Positions 15,610 through 25,503 of a stretch of DNA of 64,000 nucleotides are shown piece by piece. Made by a program: the position numbers and the translations under genes. The stretch's first letter is position 1. Each line of letters opens with the position of its first letter. The stretch is from a virus, in IMG/VR virus record IMGVR_UViG_3300027759_000063, positions 35,594 to 99,593 of that record; one strand, 5' to 3'. The notes under the pieces were generated by a model. That model was not told where the DNA came from, ran no database searches, and saw nothing but the letters and a program-made list of their open reading frames with translations.

Positions 15610-18600
15610 TCATCTGAGCAAAGCCAGTGATTTTATTCTTGCCAGAAGCGCATCGCCTTCTTGAATGTCCGTTTCTTTGCCTTCGTAGTATGAACCGGTC
15701 ATTGCACTGTTGCTGTTGATTGGATCATCTACGCCTTCGCCCATGCTGTAGGGCATGCCCACTGCACCACCATCTTCCTGCATCCCTGGCTGCACAGGAC
15801 GAAGTGCTTCTTTATTAACTTTAAGTGGGTCTCTAACACCGCCGCCGCCTGTTTTGGATATTCCATACCACTCTGCGCCACCAAGACCACCATCTGCAGG
15901 AAATGGTTTGGCTTCAAATTTGTTTTGATATTCGCCAGTTCCAACGGTTACATATTCGTGATCAACAGGATCATAGTATATGGTAAACTTATCATAGACC
16001 ATATAAGGTCTTAATTCTCCTGCGGCTTTTTTCTTCTTCTCTGTGCCAAATAACTTTCCAAGGAAACCTTCTTCCATGTAACATTCAGCCAAGCCGTGTT
16101 CCGGGCAGTATTCACCTTCAGCTGTCATATTGCAGGAGCCTTCACTCACAGGTTTTTGCTGTTGTTTTTGTAATTTCTGGCGGGCGTTGTATTCTTTATC
16201 TGGATCACTAAATCCTTGGTCACCTAATTTGTGCCCTGCATAAGCACCAGCAATACCGCCAGCCACAGTGCCTAGGGCAGGAACCACACTGCCCAATCCT
16301 GCACCAGCAAGTCCTCCGGCCAGGGCACCTTTCCAACCTTCGTCAAGACCGATGTCTTGGGCAAAGCGATCACTGATCCATTCATGAGGATCACCATCTC
16401 TGGCTTTCTTTGTGCCATAGGGCATGTCATCAAAGTAGTAGTCATACAGCGCATCATACAGTGCATCACTCATGTCACCGGTTTGAGTGAAGTCTTTGAC
16501 GTCACGTCGGAATGTGTCTTTGATGTGTTCCAGTGTGCTGCCTGTGGAATCTGTCAACACACTTTCTTTCACAGGTACGCCGGCGTATTTCAGCATTTCA
16601 GCCAATTCACGATCTTGCTCAAATGTACTCATGTTGTCGCCTTCTGCCACACCTTTGCCGTCACCTGCACTAGGTATCATTTTCCATTTTTTAGGATTAG
16701 CTACTGCGTTATCGTGTTGCGCTCTAACCCGTGAGTTCTCATCTTCGGGCGCTTTCCATACACCGTCCCAACCAAATGATCCCGATTGAGCTCCTGTTCT
16801 AGGGGTGCCAGACTTACTAAAGTCTTTGTTATCTTTTCTATTCTTTTTTACTGCGGCAGCAAGTTCATCACGTCCAGCTTGGTTATAAGGTCTGCTTAAC
16901 TGAGTTGTAGGAGCACCATATGCACCCTGGCGTTGCGTATGCTTCCAGTCTGGTACTACGTAGCCAGCACGAACAGCTTCATCCATTTCACCTTCTGCCA
17001 TGCCTTGTTGTATATCATGAATATTCACAGTGGTCATATCACCATTTGATGCCTTGACTGTGACAGTGTTGCCTTCTACAGAGACCACAGTCCCGTATTG
17101 AGTTTTCATGCCAGGTTTGATCTGTGAGTCACCGGAGTCTTCTGCTACCCCTTGCTGTTGTGGTCCTTTGATGGCCTGCAACAATGCTCGTGCAACCACA
17201 CGGTCTTTTTCTTTTTCTTCTTCAGGCAACTGAGCATAATTTTGTTTCATCAACTGTGCTCGTTGTTGAAGCTTGGCTTCTAGTTTGCCGGCTGCTGCCA
17301 ACTTTGCTGTGTCATCGAACTGGTCTGGATCTTGCACAAATGCTTGAGCAGTGGTGTTCCAACCTTTGTGAATAGCATCACTGATGGCTTCAATGTCTGT
17401 GACGCCTTGATCAATCATTTGTTTGGCATAGGCTGCTGACTTCAAGTTGGCTTGCCATCCAAATGTGTTGCCTGGTGCGCTACGTCCATAGCCATATGCT
17501 TTGTCCAGTGCTTCATCACTGATGGTAGCCAGTTGTTGAACACTGAGTTGGCCAGCGTTTTCTTTCACAGGGGGTGCTGTGTCTTGTGGCACATCAGCAG
17601 GTTCTGCCTCAGTGCTTTGAGGGGTTTGTACACCCAGTTCGGCCAGTCTGCGTTGCACATCTGAGTCGTCCCAAATGTTGGCACGGCCTTGACTCTTTTC
17701 AGCTAAGTCGTTAAGAATGTCAAACAGTTCATCATCGCCCACAATGTCATACAACAACTCGGTGGCATTGGTGGCATCAGGACCAACGATCAATTCTGCA
17801 CTCATGAGTTGATTGAGTTTTTCCATTTGGTCAGGAGTTTCTGGCAGGGCCCAGGTGCCTTCACTTAGATTGTTGATCCAGCTTTCAAATATTTCGGCTT
17901 CTTTCATGTTGTTTCCTTGTTGTTGTATCTTGGCCAGTGTGGGCAAGGCAGCTTCAATTCTAGCGTCCAAGGTCTGTTCCACAAACAGGTCGCGTAGATT
18001 TTCTACCAGGGCTTCGGCTTCACCAATGTGATCAGGAGCCCAGGTTTCAAAGTATGCTTGATAGCCACGTGGGCTGCCAAGATGCTTCATTGTTTCTTGT
18101 AGATTATGATAGTATTGTCTTGCGTTTTCCACCAGCTCTTGTGTGACACCTTCGTATACACGGCGGTGTTGCGCACGGTTGAATCGACTTAGCACAGCCA
18201 TTTCACGCACAATCTCTGTTATGTGGTTGCCACGTACATCGTATGGTCGACCACCTTGGCGCACATGTTCCAGCATGGCTCTACCGCCTGCTAAACTTTT
18301 GAATCCCAGTCGAAAACGTTCTTGGTCAGCTGTTTCAATAAACAAACTTTCCACATAGCGAAAACGCTTGTCCTCTTCGCCTAGCTGACGATTGTGATTG
18401 ATTACTAGTCGGGCTTGTGTCTGCTCGCCCATGTAGCTGGTCTTGCGATTGCCGTAGTAGCCTTCAAACAGGCCTTCCTTGATGGCAGCAATGCCAGCAA
18501 GTGTGTGCTTGAGTTGATTGATGTCTTTGGGGCTCCAGGTTACACCATTACTGGCCGCATGGTTGCTGAGTTGCTCTAAAAAGTTGTACCATTCTTCTTT

Positions 18601-18837
18601 GTCGTCAGGTTCCATGCCCCGGCCCAAATTGTCGCCATAAAACAACCCCAAATCGTCATCACCGATTACAACAACTGCTGTGCCGTAGTTTTTGCCTGTT
18701 TCGGCCACGTAGTCAAATTTTATAGTTTTGGCGTCGCCGGCTTCGGCAGGTTGCCCTTGCTTGTCAAAGTATTCAGGGTCAAAATTCTTTGTGACCAGGA
18801 AATCTGCTAGATCTTGAGATAATGCTTCTTTTGCCAT
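15610..18837 (-). CDS. Large mosaic acidic protein, probable internal-head polyprotein (RyR-like module, glycine zipper)
   Basis: Repeated GVAE/GMAE/VKE linkers, NYAQLPEEEKEKDR, GALAGGLAGAGLG..GGIAGAYAG; start re-called to MAKEAL after TAAATA. Confidence 0.6.
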   Translation of the reverse strand: MAKEALSQDLADFLVTKNFDPEYFDKQGQPAEAGDAKTIKFDYVAETGKNYGTAVVVIGDDDLGLFYGDNLGRGMEPDDKEEWYNFLEQLSNHAASNGVTWSPKDINQLKHTLAGIAAIKEGLFEGYYGNRKTSYMGEQTQARLVINHNRQLGEEDKRFRYVESLFIETADQERFRLGFKSLAGGRAMLEHVRQGGRPYDVRGNHITEIVREMAVLSRFNRAQHRRVYEGVTQELVENARQYYHNLQETMKHLGSPRGYQAYFETWAPDHIGEAEALVENLRDLFVEQTLDARIEAALPTLAKIQQQGNNMKEAEIFESWINNLSEGTWALPETPDQMEKLNQLMSAELIVGPDATNATELLYDIVGDDELFDILNDLAEKSQGRANIWDDSDVQRRLAELGVQTPQSTEAEPADVPQDTAPPVKENAGQLSVQQLATISDEALDKAYGYGRSAPGNTFGWQANLKSAAYAKQMIDQGVTDIEAISDAIHKGWNTTAQAFVQDPDQFDDTAKLAAAGKLEAKLQQRAQLMKQNYAQLPEEEKEKDRVVARALLQAIKGPQQQGVAEDSGDSQIKPGMKTQYGTVVSVEGNTVTVKASNGDMTTVNIHDIQQGMAEGEMDEAVRAGYVVPDWKHTQRQGAYGAPTTQLSRPYNQAGRDELAAAVKKNRKDNKDFSKSGTPRTGAQSGSFGWDGVWKAPEDENSRVRAQHDNAVANPKKWKMIPSAGDGKGVAEGDNMSTFEQDRELAEMLKYAGVPVKESVLTDSTGSTLEHIKDTFRRDVKDFTQTGDMSDALYDALYDYYFDDMPYGTKKARDGDPHEWISDRFAQDIGLDEGWKGALAGGLAGAGLGSVVPALGTVAGGIAGAYAGHKLGDQGFSDPDKEYNARQKLQKQQQKPVSEGSCNMTAEGEYCPEHGLAECYMEEGFLGKLFGTEKKKKAAGELRPYMVYDKFTIYYDPVDHEYVTVGTGEYQNKFEAKPFPADGGLGGAEWYGISKTGGGGVRDPLKVNKEALRPVQPGMQEDGGAVGMPYSMGEGVDDPINSNSAMTGSYYEGKETDIQEGDALLARIKSLALLR

Positions 18838-18844
18838 AGTGGTG

Positions 18845-18850
18845 TATTTA
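18845..18850 (-). promoter_or_regulatory. T4-like late promoter core
   Basis: TAAATA overlaps the terminase stop, 7 nt before ATG 18837. Confidence 0.6.
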
Positions 18851-20437
18851 GCGCAACATTGATATGAACGGCATTGGTTCAATGATGTTGTCGCCGTGAT
18901 CTTTCATGTGTGTGTCCAGTTCAGCATGATAAGTCTGTAACAGCATGAGCATGCGCACCACCAACAACGAACTCATCACAAGATCATCAGTTTCTCCAGG
19001 TTTGGCAGCATAACTACCGCCAGATGCAACAAAAGTTTTGAGCTCTGAGATCAAGGGTCTGCTGTGCAGTCGCATGCGCCCAGACTCCACAAGGATTTTA
19101 AACTTGTTACAGGCAGTGAGTTTGGCCTTGTTTGTGGTGTTGAATCCTTTGCGGAATCTACGTCCTGTAGTGCCTGTTACTGAGTTGTCGCTTAAAAAGT
19201 AGCCACGGATGTTTTCTTCCCCATATTCGTTTATTGAAATCAAGGCAGCTTCACCAATGGTGTTGTTTTCTACGCTGTAATAAATTTTCTTGTCATCTTT
19301 TACCACATCATATAATTCATTCACAATGTCTACCAATAGCTTGATCTGTGTGGGAATGTCTGTTTTGTTGTGGCGCCATTCAGCCACTTGCTCTGTGGTT
19401 TCTGCTTCAAACACCTGTATGGCAGCAGGATCGCCTCCGGTGCCTAGACTTGGATCCAAGGCCACAATGTATATCTTGTCTTTGGCAGGAGTTTTGTACC
19501 AACGCACTTGTCCTGTGCGGCGGTTGGGTTCTATTCCTTCCAGATCAATCAATTTGGTAGGAGCAATCAGTGTTTCATCATTGATGACGAAATCACAATC
19601 CATTTCTCTGCGGAATCGATCTTCTCCCAGTTGTGCCAGCTGCTCTGCACCCCAGGTATCGTCACGATCGGGGTGTTCACGCCAGTAACTTCTAAACGCA
19701 CGAAATCCATTGATACCTAACTTGGTGGTGTTGCCATGCTCGTCCTGCGTTTTGTTTGCTCCTTTCCACAGCAGTGCAAACTGATCTTCGTCTGAGTTGG
19801 GAGTACTTGTGATAATGGCCTTACCACCTGTGGCCAGGGTGGGTGAGATAGAAGTCCAGAACTCTCGAGCAATGGTGGGTCGCACAAACGCAAATTCGTC
19901 AGCATACAAGAGTGAAATACTCATACCCCGACCAGTTGTTTCAGTAGTGGTCTGCGCCACAATACGTGATCCGTTTTCAAATTCCAAGCTGTTCTTGTTG
20001 TAACTGGTGGCACCGGCTCTGATATGATTGGGGCACAGTTCATATGCATACCGAATACGTTGCATGATCTCTTGTGCGCCTGTGTATTTGTGTGCGGCCA
20101 CAAGGATAGTTGAGTCTGGCACAAACATTGCATACCACAGCAGGTAGCCGGCGGCCGATGTTGATTTGCCGGTTTGTCGAGGCATTAGACTTATTGAATA
20201 TCTGTAGTTGTGATAGGTTTCAATCAGTCGTTTCTGATATTCAAATGGATGATACAACATCTTGCCGCGTGTGGGGTGTTGAATCATAAAGAAGTTGTCC
20301 ATGAAGTACAAGGGACCTGTCACAGGATCTGCGCAGGCAGCAAACTCAACAAGTTCTTGTTCAGTGTAGACTTCTTTGCGGTGTGGTGCCTTGACCAGCA
20401 CCGTTTCTAGATTCTTACTTGGTGTTGGTGAAATCAT
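18848..20437 (-). CDS. 17: Terminase large subunit
   Basis: YQ adenine motif, PRQTGKST, LLYADEFAF, ITSTPN, ALDPSLGTGGD, VENN, DDLVM. Confidence 0.95.
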   Translation of the reverse strand: MISPTPSKNLETVLVKAPHRKEVYTEQELVEFAACADPVTGPLYFMDNFFMIQHPTRGKMLYHPFEYQKRLIETYHNYRYSISLMPRQTGKSTSAAGYLLWYAMFVPDSTILVAAHKYTGAQEIMQRIRYAYELCPNHIRAGATSYNKNSLEFENGSRIVAQTTTETTGRGMSISLLYADEFAFVRPTIAREFWTSISPTLATGGKAIITSTPNSDEDQFALLWKGANKTQDEHGNTTKLGINGFRAFRSYWREHPDRDDTWGAEQLAQLGEDRFRREMDCDFVINDETLIAPTKLIDLEGIEPNRRTGQVRWYKTPAKDKIYIVALDPSLGTGGDPAAIQVFEAETTEQVAEWRHNKTDIPTQIKLLVDIVNELYDVVKDDKKIYYSVENNTIGEAALISINEYGEENIRGYFLSDNSVTGTTGRRFRKGFNTTNKAKLTACNKFKILVESGRMRLHSRPLISELKTFVASGGSYAAKPGETDDLVMSSLLVVRMLMLLQTYHAELDTHMKDHGDNIIEPMPFISMLR

Positions 20438-21170
20438 TTATAATTCTCTCTGCAAATATTGCATGTCCTCGTGGACCAGCATGCATGCGATCCCTGGCAT
20501 ATTCTACTTCTTCACGGCTTTTGGCAAACCAATCATGTGCATTGTAAGTCAAACAACGGATGCCCAGTCTGGTGCACAATCCTTCAACAGCTAAACGGTT
20601 ACGTGCATTATTTAAGTCTGCATTGCGATCATTCAAAAACCAAGTTTTAATATAACCATCTTGATCAGCACCGCCAATTTCACTGCTGGGCATGTAGGTA
20701 TCATGCGTGTGATCAGTTTTTTCTGTTATCAAATCAAATCGATGTTTTGGGGGTGCTGCCATTACCACCAATTTAGGTTGTAGTATTGGCAGCCAATGCT
20801 CTGCTATCATAAAACAAGTATCTGCGCTGGTCCCTCCCCAGGCCAGGTTATAATTTTTCAAGCCCAAGGCCTGTGATACCAAATAACTCCATGTGGCTTG
20901 TTCTGGTAACCCAATACCAATGGTATAACTACACCCCAGTGATACCATGCTAGTCGCTTGCGGATCAAACTCTTCAGATCTAAATCCTGAACTGTTAATA
21001 CGATATGTTATAGCATCTGGTTCGAGCCAGCCTTTGGTGCGAAAATATTCTCGATATTCTTCATTCTGAATCAGTCGCTGAAAACTTTCTTCGGTGTCTG
21101 TGGGCATCCACTGTAATGTTTTTCCAGCTGACTTTGTGCCAAAGTGCCAAAGTGTTTTATTTTTCTTCAT
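20415..21170 (-). CDS. SGNH-hydrolase-like protein
   Basis: LGCSYTIG (block I Ser), NLAWGGTS, RDRMHAG (DxxH). Confidence 0.6.
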   Translation of the reverse strand: MKKNKTLWHFGTKSAGKTLQWMPTDTEESFQRLIQNEEYREYFRTKGWLEPDAITYRINSSGFRSEEFDPQATSMVSLGCSYTIGIGLPEQATWSYLVSQALGLKNYNLAWGGTSADTCFMIAEHWLPILQPKLVVMAAPPKHRFDLITEKTDHTHDTYMPSSEIGGADQDGYIKTWFLNDRNADLNNARNRLAVEGLCTRLGIRCLTYNAHDWFAKSREEVEYARDRMHAGPRGHAIFAERIINDFTNTK

Positions 21171-22326
21171 TATATTCCTTTACGATATTGGGCCACAGGT
21201 CCGCAAACCTTGTGGTTTTCTTTAGTGTTGTTTCCATGTCTGTGTGCCAGGCCAATACATCGGGCACAAAATCCTGGTTGATCAAATAACTGTTGTCTTT
21301 CAATGTTGCACGATATCTGTTAAGCACCTCAACGTTGAGATTTATTTGGTTTTGTTTTTGATATTTTTCAACCACACGATCAATTTCATCTACCGCAAGT
21401 TGCCTTAACCTGGCTGATTGGCGTCTAATATCTAGTGTCCAAGGATTGGTTAACTCGCACCAAAAGATACCCAAATTCTCTTTGGCACAAAAATCGTAGT
21501 ATGCCATGAGATCCAACGCACAATAAACGGAATAAGCCGGATGTGCTTTTATCAACAAATTGTGTTGTTTCATGACGTGAATATTTTTCACAAACTGCGC
21601 CCAGCTTGCACCATGACGTACATATTCAAATTTATCCGCGTCAGCGTTGTCAAAACTGATCATCCACTCCACTTGTGGCCAGGTCCTAAGCCGCTGGTAA
21701 ATGGCATTGGTTTCAAGATCCATGCTAAGATTTGTGGTGATCATAACCCGTGTTGTGGCAGGGTTGATATAGTCAAGAAACTGTTCTAGTCCTTTTTGCA
21801 ACAAGGGTTCACCGCCGCCTAGGCTGAGTCCTTGAATGTTGTGCCCTTGTGTGCGGGCAAGTTCAATCAGGTCTGCGTGTTCATTTTTGACATGATTGAT
21901 GGGAATCTTTTTTATGCTCTGCCAGGCTGTGCTGGTTTCAGGATTGCAGTACACACAGGCAAGATTGCACAGGTTACTCCAGTTTACCACTAAATGCTCT
22001 AGTTTAAAAAAGTCTGGGTCTGAGTCAATGGCTGCCAGGGTTTCCTGAGAAGTATACTTCACTGTGCGGCCACTAGACCCGGTGGTTTCTTCCAGTCGCT
22101 TACACCACAAGCATCCAGGTGCCCACTCGCCTCGTGCCATGGCCTGCTTCATACTTGTGACCACTGGCCCTTTGATAATTTCTTGAATGGAGTTTTTCTT
22201 TGCATTGCCAATCATGTCCACACAATGAAAACATGGGCTAACTTCCCCTGCTTGATCAATATTAAGAGTGGTCCAAGGTGCAGGACAAAATGTAGGGCTT
22301 TGAGATATCATTTTGGGTGTATCCAT
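21157..22326 (-). CDS. Radical SAM protein with N-terminal SPASM/twitch-like domain
   Basis: CPAPW..PC..CLWC, then CNLACVYC, GGEP, TN, SFD. Confidence 0.9.
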   Translation of the reverse strand: MDTPKMISQSPTFCPAPWTTLNIDQAGEVSPCFHCVDMIGNAKKNSIQEIIKGPVVTSMKQAMARGEWAPGCLWCKRLEETTGSSGRTVKYTSQETLAAIDSDPDFFKLEHLVVNWSNLCNLACVYCNPETSTAWQSIKKIPINHVKNEHADLIELARTQGHNIQGLSLGGGEPLLQKGLEQFLDYINPATTRVMITTNLSMDLETNAIYQRLRTWPQVEWMISFDNADADKFEYVRHGASWAQFVKNIHVMKQHNLLIKAHPAYSVYCALDLMAYYDFCAKENLGIFWCELTNPWTLDIRRQSARLRQLAVDEIDRVVEKYQKQNQINLNVEVLNRYRATLKDNSYLINQDFVPDVLAWHTDMETTLKKTTRFADLWPNIVKEYNEEK

Positions 22327-22847
22327 GTGTATGAGGTTACTCTATAAGAGTCTGCGGGTGTAAGCATGGCATGCCATATCAGCGGCCTATATCCTGTGCT
22401 GTCTGCTTGATTGATCATGATATACCCAGCATTGGGCTGTTCTGGTGTTTGATAGCGCAAAGTTTTGGGATCCTTGTACCAGTAAAAGGCAGTGCCAGGA
22501 CCCTGCCAGGTCAGATGCATGCTGCCCGGCATCTCGCCGTCGGTGTGCATGCCACAAGTGAATCCTGGTTCATCTAGCCACCATGCTGTGCCCGAGTAAG
22601 GGTGTAATTTTCTACCCACACCCTGTTCCAGTGTTGACCATTGTTGACCGAGTTCACTGTGCCATTGATCAATCCAAGGTATAGCCGTGTCTGTTATGCG
22701 CCGTCGTGCCCAGTTTTCTTGTCCTTCTTGACGTTGCCAAGGTAGACTGATCCAGTCTGTGGTCAAGACTTGAGCAGCCAGTTCCTTACTCACAGCATGT
22801 GCTACCCTGAACAAATTCATTTCAGAATCTACTGCTGTCACAAGCAT
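22308..22847 (-). CDS. 2OG-Fe(II) oxygenase-like protein
   Basis: HTD...WHAM...RVTS, i.e. HxD..H facial triad plus 2OG-binding Arg; start re-called to MLVTAV. Confidence 0.6.
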   Translation of the reverse strand: MLVTAVDSEMNLFRVAHAVSKELAAQVLTTDWISLPWQRQEGQENWARRRITDTAIPWIDQWHSELGQQWSTLEQGVGRKLHPYSGTAWWLDEPGFTCGMHTDGEMPGSMHLTWQGPGTAFYWYKDPKTLRYQTPEQPNAGYIMINQADSTGYRPLIWHAMLTPADSYRVTSYTWIHPK

Positions 22848-23977
22848 TGTGCAATCTCCGGCCATAGTTGCGCAAACTTACCAGCGGTGTCAGGATGATA
22901 CCGGGTTTCATTATCGTGTATGTGCTGGCGAAACTGCTGTGCAATTCTGCCACGTGCTTGTGCTACTGAATTGTAATTGCCTAATGCTTGATCAAAAAAC
23001 TGATGTTCAGCTGGTGTAGCAATGTTCATGGTATAGAACCGTTCAATCTCTTGTGCAGCCAATTCAGCCACCCGAGGACCATGCAAGAAAGGATCAAGGT
23101 ATTCGGGTTGAAACAAGTTTTGCCATAACACAGTGGCGCCTGCATCTTGCACAAACTGTCTAAACTCACAGATGCGTGTGGCATTGTACATGTTGTACAC
23201 TGCATGAACACCACCCCATTGGCCTTGTGACTTCATTAGGCCTTGTATAGTCTTCAAGTTCTCTTGCAACACAGTCCAGTTGCCGCCGTGACGCACATAT
23301 TCAAAGCGATCCGCAATGTTGTCAAAGCTCATGCTCCAGCCCACTCGCTTGCGTTCGGCCAGCTTGCGGAATATCCGGTTGATCTGCAGATCCACATTCA
23401 AGTTGGTAATCAGGGTCACAATGGCAGTGTCTGGGATCACATCCAGCAGTCGGTTGTTTTCGGGCAACAACAGTGGCTCGCCACCTACCAAGGCAACTTC
23501 ATGTATGTGTTCATAGTGCTGTTCAATAAAGTCACACACCTGTTCATAGTAAGGCCTTGCACCAGACTTAAACGGTATGTTTTTGATTCCTGCCCATTTT
23601 GAACTGCATGCTTCGCCACAATAGTTGCAACTCAGGTTGCATGTGGTGTTCCAACGCACATCTACTATAACAGGATAGTGATACTGATCACCTGCGGCGG
23701 CATAATCAAAATCAGGATTAACATTGTTGTGCCAGGCACGTTCTGAATCTGCACCAAAGCGTTCGGCACGAACACAGTTAGAGCAATAGTCATGCGCTTG
23801 CCCTTGTGAGAGACTGGTGCGTATTTCTGCCATCAAGTCGGAATTGAGTACTTGTTCTATTGACTGTGAGTTGAGGTTGCCCAGCATGTTGGGGTTGCCA
23901 GCACAGCAGGTTTTAACATCGCCACGGGGATTGATATGCAGGCCACGCCAGGGCGCAGCACAGTAGAAATTGCTCAT
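22838..23977 (-). CDS. Radical SAM protein with N-terminal SPASM/twitch-like domain
   Basis: CAAPW..TCC..CSNC, then CNLSCNYC...CSS, GGEP, SFD. Confidence 0.9.
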   Translation of the reverse strand: MSNFYCAAPWRGLHINPRGDVKTCCAGNPNMLGNLNSQSIEQVLNSDLMAEIRTSLSQGQAHDYCSNCVRAERFGADSERAWHNNVNPDFDYAAAGDQYHYPVIVDVRWNTTCNLSCNYCGEACSSKWAGIKNIPFKSGARPYYEQVCDFIEQHYEHIHEVALVGGEPLLLPENNRLLDVIPDTAIVTLITNLNVDLQINRIFRKLAERKRVGWSMSFDNIADRFEYVRHGGNWTVLQENLKTIQGLMKSQGQWGGVHAVYNMYNATRICEFRQFVQDAGATVLWQNLFQPEYLDPFLHGPRVAELAAQEIERFYTMNIATPAEHQFFDQALGNYNSVAQARGRIAQQFRQHIHDNETRYHPDTAGKFAQLWPEIAQCL

Positions 23978-23981
23978 GCCT

Positions 23982-23987
23982 TATTTA
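23982..23987 (-). promoter_or_regulatory. T4-like late promoter core, leaderless
   Basis: TAAATA-AGGC-ATG(23977). Confidence 0.65.
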
Positions 23988-23995
23988 CGGCAGTG

Positions 23996-24433
23996 TTATT
24001 GACACCAACTTGTTTTGGCTTCGCCGTAGTATTCTCTGGCATAGCCATTGGCAATCAACATTTGACGCAGGCTTTGCCCGTTGAGTATGACATCGCCCAA
24101 CACACGCCCGCCATACTTGTCCCAGTCCATGAGCACAATTTGGCGTTGTGTGGCTTGTGCAATAGCATTTTTAGTAAATGCTGTGGCTGCTTGACCACGC
24201 TCATTTTCACTCTCGCACTGTGCTCGGTGCCCTTTTTCAGGAGTGTCCACACCAAACACACGGATGCTGAGTTCTTTCTTCAGTGGGTCTGGCAGGAACG
24301 GTGCGTGGAATGCCACTGTGTCCCCATCAATCACCCGAGTGATTTGTGCGTCATATGTGACACCAGGCTTTTGTTTGCCTTGGGCTATGGCCAACGCAGG
24401 AACAATGAGTAAGAGTAGGATGAGTTTTTTCAT
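23996..24433 (-). CDS. Thermonuclease (SNase-like) with signal peptide
   Basis: RVIDGDT, IRVFGVDTPE, DKYGGRVLG; N-terminal MKKLILLLLIVPALAIA. Confidence 0.9.
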   Translation of the reverse strand: MKKLILLLLIVPALAIAQGKQKPGVTYDAQITRVIDGDTVAFHAPFLPDPLKKELSIRVFGVDTPEKGHRAQCESENERGQAATAFTKNAIAQATQRQIVLMDWDKYGGRVLGDVILNGQSLRQMLIANGYAREYYGEAKTSWCQ

Positions 24434-24442
24434 GTTGAAATT

Positions 24443-25441
24443 TTAAGTTGTTATAACAATAATCTCACCTGTGGTGGGATTGTAGTACATGGGTGAGAAT
24501 CCTGCAGGTATTGAGCCTGCAGTTGGCGCGGCAAAAGTCACACTGGTCACTGCTCGCACAGGTTTCACTGTGAATGTGTTGGCAGTGGTTTGATTCAAGT
24601 TGGCGTTTGTAGCGTTTATAATGATTGAATTGTTGGCTTGTGAGGTGCGACCAGCAAGGTAGCCAACAGCTACTGAATAGTTACCTTGTCCTGTTTCGGC
24701 TGCACCTGTTCCAATGGCCACTGCTTGAGTACCTTGTGAAGTTAAGCCGGCATTTTGACCAATAGCCACTGATTGAGTACCTTGTAACGCGGCTCCGGCC
24801 TGCGTACCAATGGCTATTGTGTTGTTTCCTTGTCCCCCGGCACCATAGCCTACGGCCACTGCATTGATACCTTGATTGGTTAATCCAGCAATTGCACCAA
24901 TAGCCACTGCATTTTCACCCTGAAGGGTTTCACCAGCCCGACTGCCAACGGCTACTGAATTTATACCTTGGGTGCTATATCCGGCATTATTTCCAACTGC
25001 TACCGCGCCAACACCTTGTGAGGTTACAGCAGAACGCACACCAACAGCCACTGCATTATTGCCTTGTGACGCGGCTCCAGCCTGCGTACCAATGGCCACT
25101 GTATCTATGCCTTGTGCGTTGCCGGCCGCGTAGCCAATGGCCACTGAGAAGTTACCTTGAACAATGCCAGCATTGGTTCCCAGGGCTATCTTACTAGGAC
25201 CACTGGCATTGTTTTTATCGCCCAATGTAGCCCAGGTTGTTGCAACAGCTGATGCCACCAGGGTCAATTGACCAACGTTGTTACCTACATATAACAACGG
25301 CGGATCTGTTTCAAGATTTACTACAAGTTCGCCTGGTCTAGCATTGCCGTCATAGTTGACCAGCGTTACTTGAGCATTGTCCTTCATTGCGGCACGGCTA
25401 ATGCCTGTGATGTTGTCGTATGGTGGGGGTGGATTGGCCAT
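24443..25441 (-). CDS. Fibre/adhesin with YadA-head-like 14-aa repeats
   Basis: About a dozen QGxxAVA(I/V)GxxAG repeats; late promoter TAAATA at 25465-25470. Confidence 0.75.
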   Translation of the reverse strand: MANPPPPYDNITGISRAAMKDNAQVTLVNYDGNARPGELVVNLETDPPLLYVGNNVGQLTLVASAVATTWATLGDKNNASGPSKIALGTNAGIVQGNFSVAIGYAAGNAQGIDTVAIGTQAGAASQGNNAVAVGVRSAVTSQGVGAVAVGNNAGYSTQGINSVAVGSRAGETLQGENAVAIGAIAGLTNQGINAVAVGYGAGGQGNNTIAIGTQAGAALQGTQSVAIGQNAGLTSQGTQAVAIGTGAAETGQGNYSVAVGYLAGRTSQANNSIIINATNANLNQTTANTFTVKPVRAVTSVTFAAPTAGSIPAGFSPMYYNPTTGEIIVITT

Positions 25442-25503
25442 GTTCTAAATATTCCTAGTTAGAGTATTTAGCAAAAACGCACTGTTGTTAAACTGCGGAA
25501 GAT

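Noticed and set aside
13359-20437. Inteins or introns in terminase or UvsX
   Set aside because: Both are of normal length with contiguous motifs.
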